DNA from: Actinomycetota bacterium | GTDB taxonomy: Bacteria > Actinomycetota > Actinomycetes > S36-B12 > GCA-2699445 | Assembly (NCBI GenBank): GCA_029978705.1 | Contig: JAPOIY010000001.1 | Location: forward strand, 96,382 to 160,381 | Length of the DNA stretch: 64,000 nucleotides | Reading direction: 5' to 3' | In this document: one piece after another, positions 1-9,137 of the stretch | Layout of the letters: every line of letters begins with the position of its first letter | How positions within the stretch are numbered: position 1 is the first letter of the stretch | The notes under the pieces: generated by a model | The model's database searches: none | The model's input: the letters and a program-made list of their open reading frames with translations, nothing else | Told to the model about the DNA's origin: nothing | Translations under genes and position numbers: made by a program

Positions 1-908
1 CAGTACACGTCGGACTCGGCCTTCAGATCGAAGACCGCCCAGTGGGTCCACGCCGTCTGGGTGAGGTACCCGCCCGACGTGTGCAGGATGCCCTTCGGGG
101 TGCCGGTGGTGCCCGAGGTGTACAGGATGAACAGGGGGTGCTCGGCGGGGAAGGCCTGGGCCTCATGTTCCGGGGACGCGGTGTCGACCACCTCGTGCCA
201 CCAGACGTCGCGCTCCGGGTCCCACGTCACGTCGTCGCCGGTGCGGCGGACCACCAGAACCGTCTCCACCGACGGGGTGTGACTCACGGCCTCGTCGACG
301 GCGGCCTTCAGCGGGAGCGTCGAGCCGCGCCGGAACTGCCCGTCGGCCGTGATCACGACTTTGGCTTCGGCGTCGTTGATCCGGCTGCGCAGGGCCTCAG
401 CGGAGAACCCGGCGAACACCACGGAGTGGGGCGCCCCGATCCGGGCGCACGCCAGCATCGCCACGATGGCCTGGGGGATCATCGGCAGGTAGATGGCCAC
501 CCGGTCCCCGGCCACGACTCCCAGCCCGGTCAGCGCGTTGGCGGCCTGGCACACCATGTCCTGCAGGTGCGCGTACGTGATCTCCTGCGTGTCTCCCGAC
601 TCGGCTTCGAAGATCAGCGCGGTCCGGTTCCCGAGTCCCGCGGCCACATGGCGGTCGACGCAGTTGACGGCCACGTTGAGTCGGCCACCCACGAACCACC
701 GGGCGAATGGTGCGTCACTCCAGTCGAGGACCTGGTCCCAACCGGTGTCCCAGGCGAGGCGCCGGGCCTGCTCCTCCCAGAACGCCGTCCGGGAGATCGT
801 GGCCTCCTCGTAGACGTCCGGTTTCACGTTGGCCCGCTTCTCGAACGCCGGGTCGGGGGGAAACGTGCGGTCCTCGTGCAGCAGGTTGGACAGGGCGTCG
901 TCGCTCAC
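1..908 (-). CDS. acs: Acetyl-CoA synthetase (3' part runs off the window edge)
   Basis: Manual minus-strand translation [18 protein letters not shown]...[17 protein letters not shown]...[13 protein letters not shown]...[19 protein letters not shown] (AMP-binding motif); GGAGG RBS before GTG at 908. Confidence 0.95.
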   Translation of the reverse strand, partial: MSDDALSNLLHEDRTFPPDPAFEKRANVKPDVYEEATISRTAFWEEQARRLAWDTGWDQVLDWSDAPFARWFVGGRLNVAVNCVDRHVAAGLGNRTALIFEAESGDTQEITYAHLQDMVCQAANALTGLGVVAGDRVAIYLPMIPQAIVAMLACARIGAPHSVVFAGFSAEALRSRINDAEAKVVITADGQFRRGSTLPLKAAVDEAVSHTPSVETVLVVRRTGDDVTWDPERDVWWHEVVDTASPEHEAQAFPAEHPLFILYTSGTTGTPKGILHTSGGYLTQTAWTHWAVFDLKAESDVY

Positions 909-971
909 GGGGCCTCCAGATGATCCAGCTCGTACGCGACCCTATGCGACCCGGCACGCTAGTTTCATCTG

Positions 972-1769
972 GTGGCGGACCCGATCGCTGAGCTGGCGGC
1001 CCTACCCGACGTGGCGGCGGAACTGACCGCGGGGCGGACCGCCGTCGACCAGTTGCTGTGGAACCGGACTGCCCGTGGCCGCGGCCGCGGACTGGCTGCC
1101 GAGTCCGCCCTCCTGGGCGCCTGGGCCGACGCCGCCTTCGAGGGCGCCGAGGTGCCGCAGGACTCCCTGCGCGCGGGCGTGTTGGAGGATTCGCCGGTGG
1201 GCCGGACCGCGGTCCGGACCCTGGCGATGTATGCCGAGATCCCGGGGGCCGCGGAGGTGCTGACGTCCGCCCCGATGCAGGCGCTGGCGCGGCTGCACGC
1301 CGTGGTCTCGGTCGACGCCCCGGGGGAGCCCGGCCGACCCCGCCGCGCGGACGAGGTGGTGGACCCGCTGCGCCTGCGGACGGCCGTTCCGGCCGGTGCC
1401 GCGGCGGACCGGCTGGCGTCCCTGGGTCCGCTGCTGACCGGTGGTACGGAAGCGCCGGCGCTGGCGCTGGCGGCCGTCGTTCACGCCGAGGTGGCCGTCG
1501 TCCAGCCGTTCGACTCGGGATCGGGGCTGGTGGCCCGCGCCCTGACCCGGACGGTCCTGCGCGCCCTGGGGGTGGACCCGGACGGCTGGAGCATGCCCGA
1601 GGCGGGTTTCCGGATGCTGGGACGCCCCCAGTACGTCACCGCCCTGCGGGGCTACGCGTCGGGGGACGTCGCCGGCGTGACCGGGTGGCTCGTCACGCAC
1701 GCTCGCGCGGTCGCCGCCGGCGCCCAGGCTGCGGCGGAACGAGCCGAGGAACTGCCGCCGGATGAGTGA
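972..1769 (+). CDS. Fic-like protein (Rv3662c-type, degenerate Fic motif)
   Basis: VHAEVAVVQPFDSGSGLVAR resembles HPFxxGNGR; syntenic between acs and HAD hydrolase; TAGTTT-N6-GTG leaderless start. Confidence 0.75.
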   Translation: MADPIAELAALPDVAAELTAGRTAVDQLLWNRTARGRGRGLAAESALLGAWADAAFEGAEVPQDSLRAGVLEDSPVGRTAVRTLAMYAEIPGAAEVLTSAPMQALARLHAVVSVDAPGEPGRPRRADEVVDPLRLRTAVPAGAAADRLASLGPLLTGGTEAPALALAAVVHAEVAVVQPFDSGSGLVARALTRTVLRALGVDPDGWSMPEAGFRMLGRPQYVTALRGYASGDVAGVTGWLVTHARAVAAGAQAAAERAEELPPDE

Positions 1770-1778
1770 GGGCGCCCC

Positions 1779-2564
1779 TCACGGGGTGCACGGCATCGCC
1801 ATGAGAGCTGCCAGGCCGGCGCGGTCGCCCGCTGCCAGGGTGAGCCGGTCCTCGCTGAGCGTCCCGTTCATGATCGAGTCGCCGGTGGTCACGTGGCCCA
1901 GGCCGAGTGCGTGGCCCGACTCGTGCTGGTACAGCGCCTGACGCATGCCGTCGGCCGGAAGGCGGGCGGCGTCGTCGGCGTCGATCATGACGAATCCGCG
2001 GTCCCCCACCAGCATGCCGCCGGGCACGCTCGGGTCGCTGGTCACCTGCAGGCCCCCGTTGCCCGCGGTCCGGCCCTCGACCGCCGTCGCGCGGTAGGCA
2101 GGGTCACCTACGCCGTCGTGAACATACGTGACGCCGATCGTGCCGGGGGCGACGGCCGCCAGGTCGATCTGCCCGGCGTCGTCCGTGTGCAGTTGCTGTT
2201 GGCCCGCGTAGACGAACTGGTAGTGCCCGCCGGAGGCCTCGGTCCAGCGCTGCATGACGGTCGCCCAGCGCGCGGCTTCCTGCCCCGGGTCCAGGCCGGC
2301 CGCCCCCGCCAGGGTGAGGTCCAGCGTGTAGCGGATGGTCCCCCCGCACCAGCGGCCGGGATAGCGGCTGTCATCGGAGCGCAACAGGAACGAGTAGCCC
2401 TTGGTGCGGGCGTCCGCCCGCCGCTGCAGGGCATCGTCGGACATCTGCTGGGTGGCATCCGCCATGGGCGCTCTCGGCCACTGGGGGCCGACGGCCACCA
2501 AAGCGACGGCGGCCACTGCGGTGACCGCCGCGACTCCGCGCAGGGCATTGTCGATCGTGGCCAT
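1779..2564 (-). CDS. Secreted/membrane-anchored matrixin-family (metzincin) metalloprotease
   Basis: HESGHALGLGH zinc motif followed by Met-turn DSIMNG; N-terminal hydrophobic segment; start chosen at ATG 2564 rather than ORF-track 3251. Confidence 0.85.
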   Translation of the reverse strand: MATIDNALRGVAAVTAVAAVALVAVGPQWPRAPMADATQQMSDDALQRRADARTKGYSFLLRSDDSRYPGRWCGGTIRYTLDLTLAGAAGLDPGQEAARWATVMQRWTEASGGHYQFVYAGQQQLHTDDAGQIDLAAVAPGTIGVTYVHDGVGDPAYRATAVEGRTAGNGGLQVTSDPSVPGGMLVGDRGFVMIDADDAARLPADGMRQALYQHESGHALGLGHVTTGDSIMNGTLSEDRLTLAAGDRAGLAALMAMPCTP

Positions 2565-2668
2565 ACCGCATGACATCGGTCCCACCGTCGGGATCGCCGA
2601 TTCCCGTGCGCCGCCGTCACCCGTTCGGTGCAGGCAAGTGCGGCGAATCGGGTCGAGGGGGACCGCGG

Positions 2669-3481
2669 TCAGGCGCTGCCGCCGGTGGCGGAGCGGCGCC
2701 CGGCGTACCACGCCAGACCCAGGGCCACCGCACTCCCGATCGCCACGGCAGCCGCCCGGCGGGCGTCCTTGCTCTCCAGCGGCGAGCGCATGGCCACGGG
2801 CTTGGAGAAGTCGAGGATCTCCCAGTCGCGCTCCTGCGCGATCCGCCGCAGCTCGTGGTCCGGGTTCGTCGCCACGGGATGGCCCACGACGTCGAGCATG
2901 GGTAGGTCGGTGTGCGAGTCGGTGTAGGCGTATGACAGGTCCAAGGCGTAGTTCCGCTCCGCGGCCAGGTCGCGCATCGCGTCGGCCTTCCCCTCGCCGT
3001 ACGCGTAGAAGAGGATCTCGCCGGTGTAGTGGCCGTCCGTCACCGCCAGCTGGGTCCCGATGGCGAGGTCTGCCCCCAGCCGGTCGCCGATGGGTTCCAC
3101 GACCTCGGTGCCCGAGGACGAGATGATGATCACGTCGCGGCCGGCCGCCTGATGCCACGCCATCAGGTCGAGGGCCTCCTCGTAGACGATCGGGTCGACG
3201 ATGTCGTCGATCGTCTCGGCGACGATCTCCTGCACCTGCGCCACGTCCCATCCCCGGACCAGGTCGGAGAGGTACTCCCGCATCTGTTCCATCTGGTCGT
3301 GGTTGGCGCCTGACACCAGGTAGACGAACTGGGCGTAGGCGGCCTTGATCGCGTCGGGGCGCCGGATGAGACCGCCCTCGTAGAACTTGCGGGTGAAGGC
3401 CAACGTGCTCGACTTCGCCAGGATGGTCTTGTCCAGATCGAAGAAGGCCGCGGCCCGCGGTGTCCCTGCGCCGTCATTCAC
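2669..3481 (-). CDS. HAD-IB family hydrolase (Rv3661-like)
   Basis: FFDLDKT motif I, SSS motif II, K, YTDSHTDLP motif IV, C-terminal TM; TAGGAT-N6-GTG. Confidence 0.92.
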   Translation of the reverse strand: MNDGAGTPRAAAFFDLDKTILAKSSTLAFTRKFYEGGLIRRPDAIKAAYAQFVYLVSGANHDQMEQMREYLSDLVRGWDVAQVQEIVAETIDDIVDPIVYEEALDLMAWHQAAGRDVIIISSSGTEVVEPIGDRLGADLAIGTQLAVTDGHYTGEILFYAYGEGKADAMRDLAAERNYALDLSYAYTDSHTDLPMLDVVGHPVATNPDHELRRIAQERDWEILDFSKPVAMRSPLESKDARRAAAVAIGSAVALGLAWYAGRRSATGGSA

Positions 3482-3501
3482 GATCGAATCCTAGGCCGGG
3501 A

Positions 3502-3534
3502 TCCCCAGTCCAGGGGGGCAACCGCCGTCCCCAG
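3502..3534 (+). promoter_or_regulatory. TCCCCAG direct repeat (26-bp period) upstream of ssd/tad operon
   Basis: TCCCCAG at 3502-3508 and 3528-3534; same motif and spacing upstream of the pilin gene. Confidence 0.5.
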
Positions 3535-3590
3535 GTCGCCGCGGGGCCCGCGCAGCTGTCGGGGGACCGGGAGGCTGGCGTCACCCAACC

Positions 3591-4589
3591 GTGAGGATCC
3601 AGGTGCCCGATATCGCCGTGCAGGTCGCGGACCGCGAGCTGGCGCAGATCGTGCGGGAACTGGTGGCCCGCGCCCGGTTGAGTGCCTCCAGCACCGTGAC
3701 CTCGGACGTCGACCTGCTCGTGACCGATCACACCCCGCCTGCCGGGTCTTCCCTTCCGACGGTCCTGGTGGCCCGGGGGGCCGACGCCGAGGTGTGGCGC
3801 GGGGCGGCGGGAACCGGGGTCGAGCAGGTCGTGGTCCTGCCCGACGGCGCTCCGCTGCTGCTGAAGCGGCTCCGGAGCCGCCGACCCCGGCCACCCGGGA
3901 TCCTCATCCGGGTGATCGGGTGCCGCGGGGGGTGCGGGGCCACGACGGTGAGCGTGGGTCTGGCGGTCGCGCTCTCCGCGACGGTGCCGACCACCCTGAT
4001 CGACGCCGACCCGGCCGGGGGTGGGCTGGATGTGGCGGTGGGAGTCGACGGTGAGCGGGGCCTGCGCTGGCCTGAGCTGAGTGGGCTGCGGGGGATGGTG
4101 CCGGTGGGGTCCCTGGTGTCGCGCCTACCGCGGGCGGCGGAGGTGCCGATTCTGTCCCACGGGCGTGACGTCGCCGAGATGGCCGATGCGTGGGCGGCCG
4201 TCACCGGGTCCCTGCTGTCCGGCGGCGGGGTGGTGGTGGCTGACGTCCCGCGGTACCAGGTGACGTCGCTGGCGTGTCCGGGCGACGGAATCGACATCCT
4301 CGTCGTCCCGCCGGACGTGGTGGCGATCGCGACGGCCCGCCGCCTCATCGCCGCGGGACACGTGGCCAGCCGTCCGGTTCTGGCGCTCCGGCGGACCCGC
4401 GGGACCGTCCCCCCGGCGGTGGTGGCCGAGGAACTGCCGGGTCGCGCCACCGTGCTGGTGCCCGACGCCGCCGGCGTCCGCGCAGCCGCCGACTTCGGGG
4501 ACCTGGCCGAGGCCGTGACGGCCCGGGGATTCCGCGGCGCCTGCCGTCGCCTGGCGACCGTGGCCGTGGGCGGGGGGTCCGATGACTGA
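3591..4589 (+). CDS. ssd: Septum site-determining protein Ssd / CpaE(TadZ)-like
   Basis: Deviant Walker A GCRGGCGATT, DADPAGGGLD, GLRWPEL; first gene of tad cluster. Confidence 0.85.
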   Translation: MRIQVPDIAVQVADRELAQIVRELVARARLSASSTVTSDVDLLVTDHTPPAGSSLPTVLVARGADAEVWRGAAGTGVEQVVVLPDGAPLLLKRLRSRRPRPPGILIRVIGCRGGCGATTVSVGLAVALSATVPTTLIDADPAGGGLDVAVGVDGERGLRWPELSGLRGMVPVGSLVSRLPRAAEVPILSHGRDVAEMADAWAAVTGSLLSGGGVVVADVPRYQVTSLACPGDGIDILVVPPDVVAIATARRLIAAGHVASRPVLALRRTRGTVPPAVVAEELPGRATVLVPDAAGVRAAADFGDLAEAVTARGFRGACRRLATVAVGGGSDD

Positions 4590-5724
4590 TCTGCTGGACC
4601 GCGTGCGCACGTGGTTGGTGGCGGCCGAGACCGACCCGAGTGGCGCGGCCATCCGGCATGCTCTCGACGATCTCGGCGTGGTGGCCGACGGGACCGAGGT
4701 GGCTCGGCTCACGCGGACGCTGCGCGCCGACCTGGTCGGCGCGGGCCGACTCCAGCCCCTGTTGGAGATTCCGGGGGTCACCGATGTCCTGGTCAACGGA
4801 CCCGACCAGGTGTGGGTGGACAGCGGTGCCGGGTTGCGCCGTTCCGACTGCGGGTTCGCCGGGGACCAGGAGGTCCGCCAGTTGGCGCAACGGCTCGCAG
4901 CCCAGGCGGGTCGCCGGCTGGACGACGCCTGTCCGTTCGTGGATGCCCGGCTACCCGGCGGGGTGCGCCTGCATGCGGCGCTGCCCCCCCTGTCGTGGCC
5001 CGGCACCCTCATCAGTCTGCGGATCCCGGCGCAACGGTCGCTGGACCTCGCGGCACTGATCGAGGCCGGGACCGTGAGCCGGGCGGGGGCAGCCTGGCTG
5101 GCGGCCCTCGTCGCCAGCCGTTGCGGCTACCTGGTCACGGGCGCCACCGGGTCGGGCAAGACGACGGTGCTGCGCAGCCTGCTGGAACTCGTGCCCGCCG
5201 ATGAGCGCATCGTCGCCCTCGAGGAGTCCGCCGAACTGCAGCCCCGCCATCCCCATTTCGTGCGCCTGGAGGCGCGGGCCGCCAATGCCGAGGACCGGGG
5301 AGCGGTGCCGCTGGTGCACCTCATGCGGCAGGCGATGCGGATGCGGCCTGACCGCATCGTCGTCGGGGAGGTCCGGGGGCCCGAGGTCACCGCCCTGCTC
5401 AACGCCATGAACACCGGGCATGAGGGCAGTTGCGGCACGGTCCACGCGAACGCACCCCGGGCGGTGCCCGCCCGCCTGGAGGCGCTGAGCCTGGCGGCGG
5501 GGATGGACCGGGCGGCGGTGCACTCGCAGCTGGCCGCGGGGCTCGACGCGGTCCTGCATGTCGCCCGGGAACGCGGGGGTCGCCGCGTCATCACCGAACT
5601 GGGCGTGTGTGCGGGCGCCGACCCGGTGCACGTCGTGCCCCTGCTCACGTTCGGCACCGGCCGGCCGCGCCTGCACCTGCCGCACCATCCGGTCGCGCGC
5701 CGTCTGATGGCGGTCCTGCCGTGA
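4582..5724 (+). CDS. tadA: TadA/CpaF pilus assembly ATPase
   Basis: GATGSGKTT Walker A, RMRPDRIVVGEVRG, MNTGHEG, TVHAN. Confidence 0.95.
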   Translation: MTDLLDRVRTWLVAAETDPSGAAIRHALDDLGVVADGTEVARLTRTLRADLVGAGRLQPLLEIPGVTDVLVNGPDQVWVDSGAGLRRSDCGFAGDQEVRQLAQRLAAQAGRRLDDACPFVDARLPGGVRLHAALPPLSWPGTLISLRIPAQRSLDLAALIEAGTVSRAGAAWLAALVASRCGYLVTGATGSGKTTVLRSLLELVPADERIVALEESAELQPRHPHFVRLEARAANAEDRGAVPLVHLMRQAMRMRPDRIVVGEVRGPEVTALLNAMNTGHEGSCGTVHANAPRAVPARLEALSLAAGMDRAAVHSQLAAGLDAVLHVARERGGRRVITELGVCAGADPVHVVPLLTFGTGRPRLHLPHHPVARRLMAVLP

Positions 5725-6347
5725 CCTGGTGGTGGGTCGGGGCGGCACTGGTCCTGGTGCCATCCCCCCGCGCCGCGACGCGCGGGGGCGCGGGCCGGCG
5801 GCTGCCGCACCGAATCGGTCGGGCCGCGACGGCGGACGCCACCATCGCGTGGACCCTGGCTCTGGTGGGAGAACTGCGCGCGGGGGCGGATGTCCAGGGA
5901 GCCCTGTCGCGTTGCAGTTCCCTGCACGGCGTGGGCGGTCGCGCGGCGCGGGCGGCTCGGATCGGCGGGGACATTCCCGCGGCGCTGCGCCAGGACGCCC
6001 ACGGGTCGGCGTTGCTGGCGTCGGTGGCCGCGGCCTGGACCCTGGCGGGGCAGTCGGGATCCGGGCTGGCTGACGTCCTGGAGAACCTGGCGGACGGGTA
6101 CCGGCGCAGCGTGGCCGTCAAGGCAGCTCTCGCCGTCGAGATGGCGGGCCCGCGGGCGACCGCGCGGTTGATGAGCCTGCTGCCCGCGGTCGGGGTCGGT
6201 TTGGCCATGCTCCTGGGCGCGGACCCGGTGCGGTGGTTCGTGTCGTCGGTGCCCGGGCTGCTGTGCCTCACCGCGGGGGTCCTGCTCAATGTCGCCGGCT
6301 ACTCGTGGATCGGGGGGATCGTGCGCGGTGTCGAGGCGGATCTGTGA
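5721..6347 (+). CDS. tadB: TadB-like type II secretion system F protein
   Basis: GTG overlaps tadA stop (GTGA); ELRAG, GSGLADVL, GPRATARLMSLLP, C-terminal TMs. Confidence 0.85.
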   Translation: MTWWWVGAALVLVPSPRAATRGGAGRRLPHRIGRAATADATIAWTLALVGELRAGADVQGALSRCSSLHGVGGRAARAARIGGDIPAALRQDAHGSALLASVAAAWTLAGQSGSGLADVLENLADGYRRSVAVKAALAVEMAGPRATARLMSLLPAVGVGLAMLLGADPVRWFVSSVPGLLCLTAGVLLNVAGYSWIGGIVRGVEADL

Positions 6348-7030
6348 GCTGGTGGCTGCTGACCGCGGCGCTGCTGCTCCTGCCCCGCCGCCCCCCGCGG
6401 GCCGCTCGCCGGATCGCCCGCTCCCGACGGGGGCCGCTGCCGTTGAACGGCGTGGGGGCCCTCATCGGGATGCTGGCCTCGGTGATCCTCATGCCTCTCC
6501 CCTGGTCCGCGCTCGCCGCCGTCGTCGTGGGTGGGGCGGGCTGGCGGTGGCTGCCGAGGTCCTTCAGCTCCGATCAGGACCGGGCCGAACTCGCGCTCGC
6601 GCGGGCCCTCCCGGATGCCGTGGACCTGCTCGGGGCGGTGCTGCGCGTGGGGTTGTCCGACGGGGAGGCCCTGCTGCTGGTCGCGGGGGCGATCGACGGG
6701 CCCCTGCGCCACCACTTGACGGTGGTGGGTCGACACCGGGCGCTGGGAGCCGCGCCGGAACGGGCCTGGCGGGCGGTCGCCGACGTCCCCGCCCTCGCCG
6801 AGTTGGCGCGAGCCATGACACGTCACGCGGCGACGGGATCCCCGGTGGCGGCGGTACTGGACCGGGTCGCGGCCGACGCCCGGCGGGACTACCACTCCCG
6901 CGCCCAGATGGCCGCCCGTTCGGCCGCCGTGCGCGCCGTCATCCCGCTGGCGGTCTGTTTCCTGCCCGCGTTCGTCCTGCTCGGTGTCGTCCCGATCGTG
7001 GCGTCCCTGGTGTCCGATCTGTCGTTCTGA
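6344..7030 (+). CDS. tadC: TadC-like type II secretion system F protein
   Basis: GTGA overlap; LPDAVDLL, PLAVCFLPAFVLLGVVP. Confidence 0.85.
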   Translation: MSWWLLTAALLLLPRRPPRAARRIARSRRGPLPLNGVGALIGMLASVILMPLPWSALAAVVVGGAGWRWLPRSFSSDQDRAELALARALPDAVDLLGAVLRVGLSDGEALLLVAGAIDGPLRHHLTVVGRHRALGAAPERAWRAVADVPALAELARAMTRHAATGSPVAAVLDRVAADARRDYHSRAQMAARSAAVRAVIPLAVCFLPAFVLLGVVPIVASLVSDLSF

Positions 7031-7036
7031 CGGCGG

Positions 7037-7069
7037 TCCCCAGGCTCCATCCCTCCCGCTTGTCCCCAC
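7037..7069 (+). promoter_or_regulatory. TCCCCA(G/C) direct repeat (26-bp period) upstream of pilin gene
   Basis: TCCCCAG 7037-7043 and TCCCCAC 7063-7069. Confidence 0.5.
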
Positions 7070-7154
7070 TGGCGCCGATCCCGGCTTCCGTCCCTTCCAC
7101 CGTGGCGAGGGTGAACCCAATACAACAAGCCCACAGGGGCGGAAGGGATGGGAG

Positions 7155-7337
7155 ATGACGAAGATGCTGGCCCGCGTGATGCGGGAGGAGGACGGGCTGT
7201 CGACGGCCGAATACGCGGTCGGGACGGTCGCCGTCGCCGGACTCGGCGGGGTTCTCGTGAAACTGCTGAGCAGTGACTGGGCATTCGAGTTGATCAAGAG
7301 GGTCATCGAGTGGGCGTTCAGTTTCCTGTTCAACTGA
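7155..7337 (+). CDS. Flp-type pilin (DUF4244 family)
   Basis: MTKMLARVMREEDG|LSTAEYAVGTVAV: class III signal with G, E+5, Y+6 Flp motif; purine-rich RBS. Confidence 0.9.
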   Translation: MTKMLARVMREEDGLSTAEYAVGTVAVAGLGGVLVKLLSSDWAFELIKRVIEWAFSFLFN

Positions 7338-7339
7338 GG

Positions 7340-7723
7340 GTGGACCGGGGGCGCCGGTCCAGCGGCCGCGCCCCCGGCCATCGCGATGCGGGGATGGTCA
7401 CCATCGAGATCGCCCTCGCCATCCCGATGGTTCTGCTCGTCACGGTCGCGGCTGCGGTCCTCCTGGCCGCAGGCCACATGCAGGCCCGCACGACCGACGC
7501 CGCCCGCGCTGCGGCCCGGGAACTCGCGCGCGGCGAGTCCCCTGCGGCGGCGGTGGCCGCCGCACACCGCGTCGTACCCGACGGTGAGGTCCGGGTCGTG
7601 CGCGATGAGGACGTCATCGAGGTGCGGGTCACCCGGGAGGTGCGGGGCCCCGGACCACTGCTGGGGCAGGTGCGCCGCACGGTGTCCGGGACGGCGGTCA
7701 CCCGCCGGGAGGGTCTGCCGTGA
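7340..7723 (+). CDS. TadE-like pseudopilin
   Basis: RDAG|MVTIEIALAIP, DAARAAARELARG; start approximate. Confidence 0.85.
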   Translation: MDRGRRSSGRAPGHRDAGMVTIEIALAIPMVLLVTVAAAVLLAAGHMQARTTDAARAAARELARGESPAAAVAAAHRVVPDGEVRVVRDEDVIEVRVTREVRGPGPLLGQVRRTVSGTAVTRREGLP

Positions 7724-8076
7724 TGGCCGATCGCGGCACCGCGGGACTGCTGGCGCTGATCGGGGCTCTCGCGGCCTTCGGGCTGGCGGCCGTGTCCGGG
7801 CTGCTGGTGGCCGGGACGGTCGCACATACCCGCGCCGATGCTGCGGCGGACCTCGTCGCCGTCGGCACGGCCGGGCAACTGCTGTCGGACCCCGCCCCCT
7901 GCGACACCGCGGCCGCGTTGGCGGCCGCAAACGGGGTCACCTTGGCCGACTGCCGGGTGACGGGTCTCACCGTCGGCGTCGCCGTGGCTGCGCCGCCCCC
8001 GCCCGGGCTGGCCCTGATGGGGAAGGCGGTCCACGCGACCGCGCGGGCGGAACTGCAGGTGGCGGAGGGGCCGTGA
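7720..8076 (+). CDS. TadE-like pseudopilin (Rv3654c family)
   Basis: DRG|TAGLL, RADAAADLVA, CxxAxxxAxxNG...C, ATARA. Confidence 0.8.
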   Translation: MMADRGTAGLLALIGALAAFGLAAVSGLLVAGTVAHTRADAAADLVAVGTAGQLLSDPAPCDTAAALAAANGVTLADCRVTGLTVGVAVAAPPPPGLALMGKAVHATARAELQVAEGP

Positions 8077-8080
8077 CAGG

Positions 8081-9082
8081 TCAGGGCTGTTCCGGGGGCG
8101 CCTCGTGGCTTCGGACCGTCCCGGCATGGGCGGTGCGGCTGGGGTCGCGGCGCACGGCGATGATGCTGGCGACCGTCGTGATCACCAGGACCACGAGGAT
8201 CACCACCAGGGACGCCGTCGTCGGCACCTCCGGCACTGCCGGCCAGATGCCGTGCGCCCAGTGGAGGGCCAGCTTGAGGCCGATGAACACGAGGATCAGC
8301 GCGAGCCCGGTGGAGAGATAGACCAGACGGTCCAGCAGCCCCTGGACGAGGAAGAAGAGGGCGCGCAGGCCCAGCAGCGCGAAGGCGTTGGCCATGAACA
8401 CGATGTAGGGCTCGGCGGTCACCCCGAAGACGGCCGGGATCGAGTCGAGGGCGAACAGCACGTCCGTCGTGCCGATGGCGATGAGGGCGATGAACATCGG
8501 AGTCGCCACGCGGCGACCGTCCGTGTGCGTGAAGAACTTGCCCCCGTCGTACTCGTCGGTCGTTGGGATGATCTTGCGAGCGCCGACGACGAGGAAGTTG
8601 TCGCTGACGTCGGGATCCTGGTCCCGGTGGCGGTACAGCGCGATGCCGGTCCAGATCAGCGCAAGGCCGAAGATCAGGAACATGAAGGAGAAGTAGGCCA
8701 GGAGCGTGGCGCCCACGGCGATGAAGATGGCCCGCAGCACCAGGGCCAGCGCGATCCCGATGATCAGGAGCTTCTGCTGGTACACGGCCGGCACGGCGAA
8801 CGCAGCCATGATGATCACGAAGACGAAGAGGTTGTCGACCGACAGGGTCTTCTCCACGATGTAGCCCGCGAAGTACTGGGCGCCGTAGTCGCCACCCGCC
8901 CACAGGCCGAAGACGACACCGAACAAGAGGGCGACACCGATGTAGAAGACCGACCAGAGTGCGGCCTCCCGGAACCCCACGGCGTGGGGCTTGGCGAGCG
9001 CCAGCCCGAGGTCGAGGGCGAACAGCCCGATCACGATGGCGAGGGTGACGGCCCAGACCGTCCCCGTGATCTCCAGGCTCAC
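8081..9082 (-). CDS. TerC family membrane protein (Alx/MeeY-like)
   Basis: EKTLSVDNLFVF, DVLFALDSIPAVFG, NAFALLGLRALFF; TAGTAT-N6-GTG leaderless start. Confidence 0.93.
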   Translation of the reverse strand: MSLEITGTVWAVTLAIVIGLFALDLGLALAKPHAVGFREAALWSVFYIGVALLFGVVFGLWAGGDYGAQYFAGYIVEKTLSVDNLFVFVIIMAAFAVPAVYQQKLLIIGIALALVLRAIFIAVGATLLAYFSFMFLIFGLALIWTGIALYRHRDQDPDVSDNFLVVGARKIIPTTDEYDGGKFFTHTDGRRVATPMFIALIAIGTTDVLFALDSIPAVFGVTAEPYIVFMANAFALLGLRALFFLVQGLLDRLVYLSTGLALILVFIGLKLALHWAHGIWPAVPEVPTTASLVVILVVLVITTVASIIAVRRDPSRTAHAGTVRSHEAPPEQP

Positions 9083-9137
9083 CCCGGAATACTAAGCCCT
9101 GGCTCGGATCCGCCAGTGACCGCCCGAGCAGGGGGAG

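Noticed and set aside
3482-3590. 6C RNA
   Set aside because: Only one G6 run (C6 on the minus strand) and no pair of C-loop hairpins in the expected orientation
3591-8076. Conjugative element implied by TadA/VirB11-like ATPase
   Set aside because: Standard chromosomal actinobacterial Tad locus; no relaxase, integrase, att site or compositional shift seen
9083-9137. yybP-ykoY manganese riboswitch before terC
   Set aside because: Only 55 nt available and the gene looks leaderless (TAGTAT-N6-GTG)
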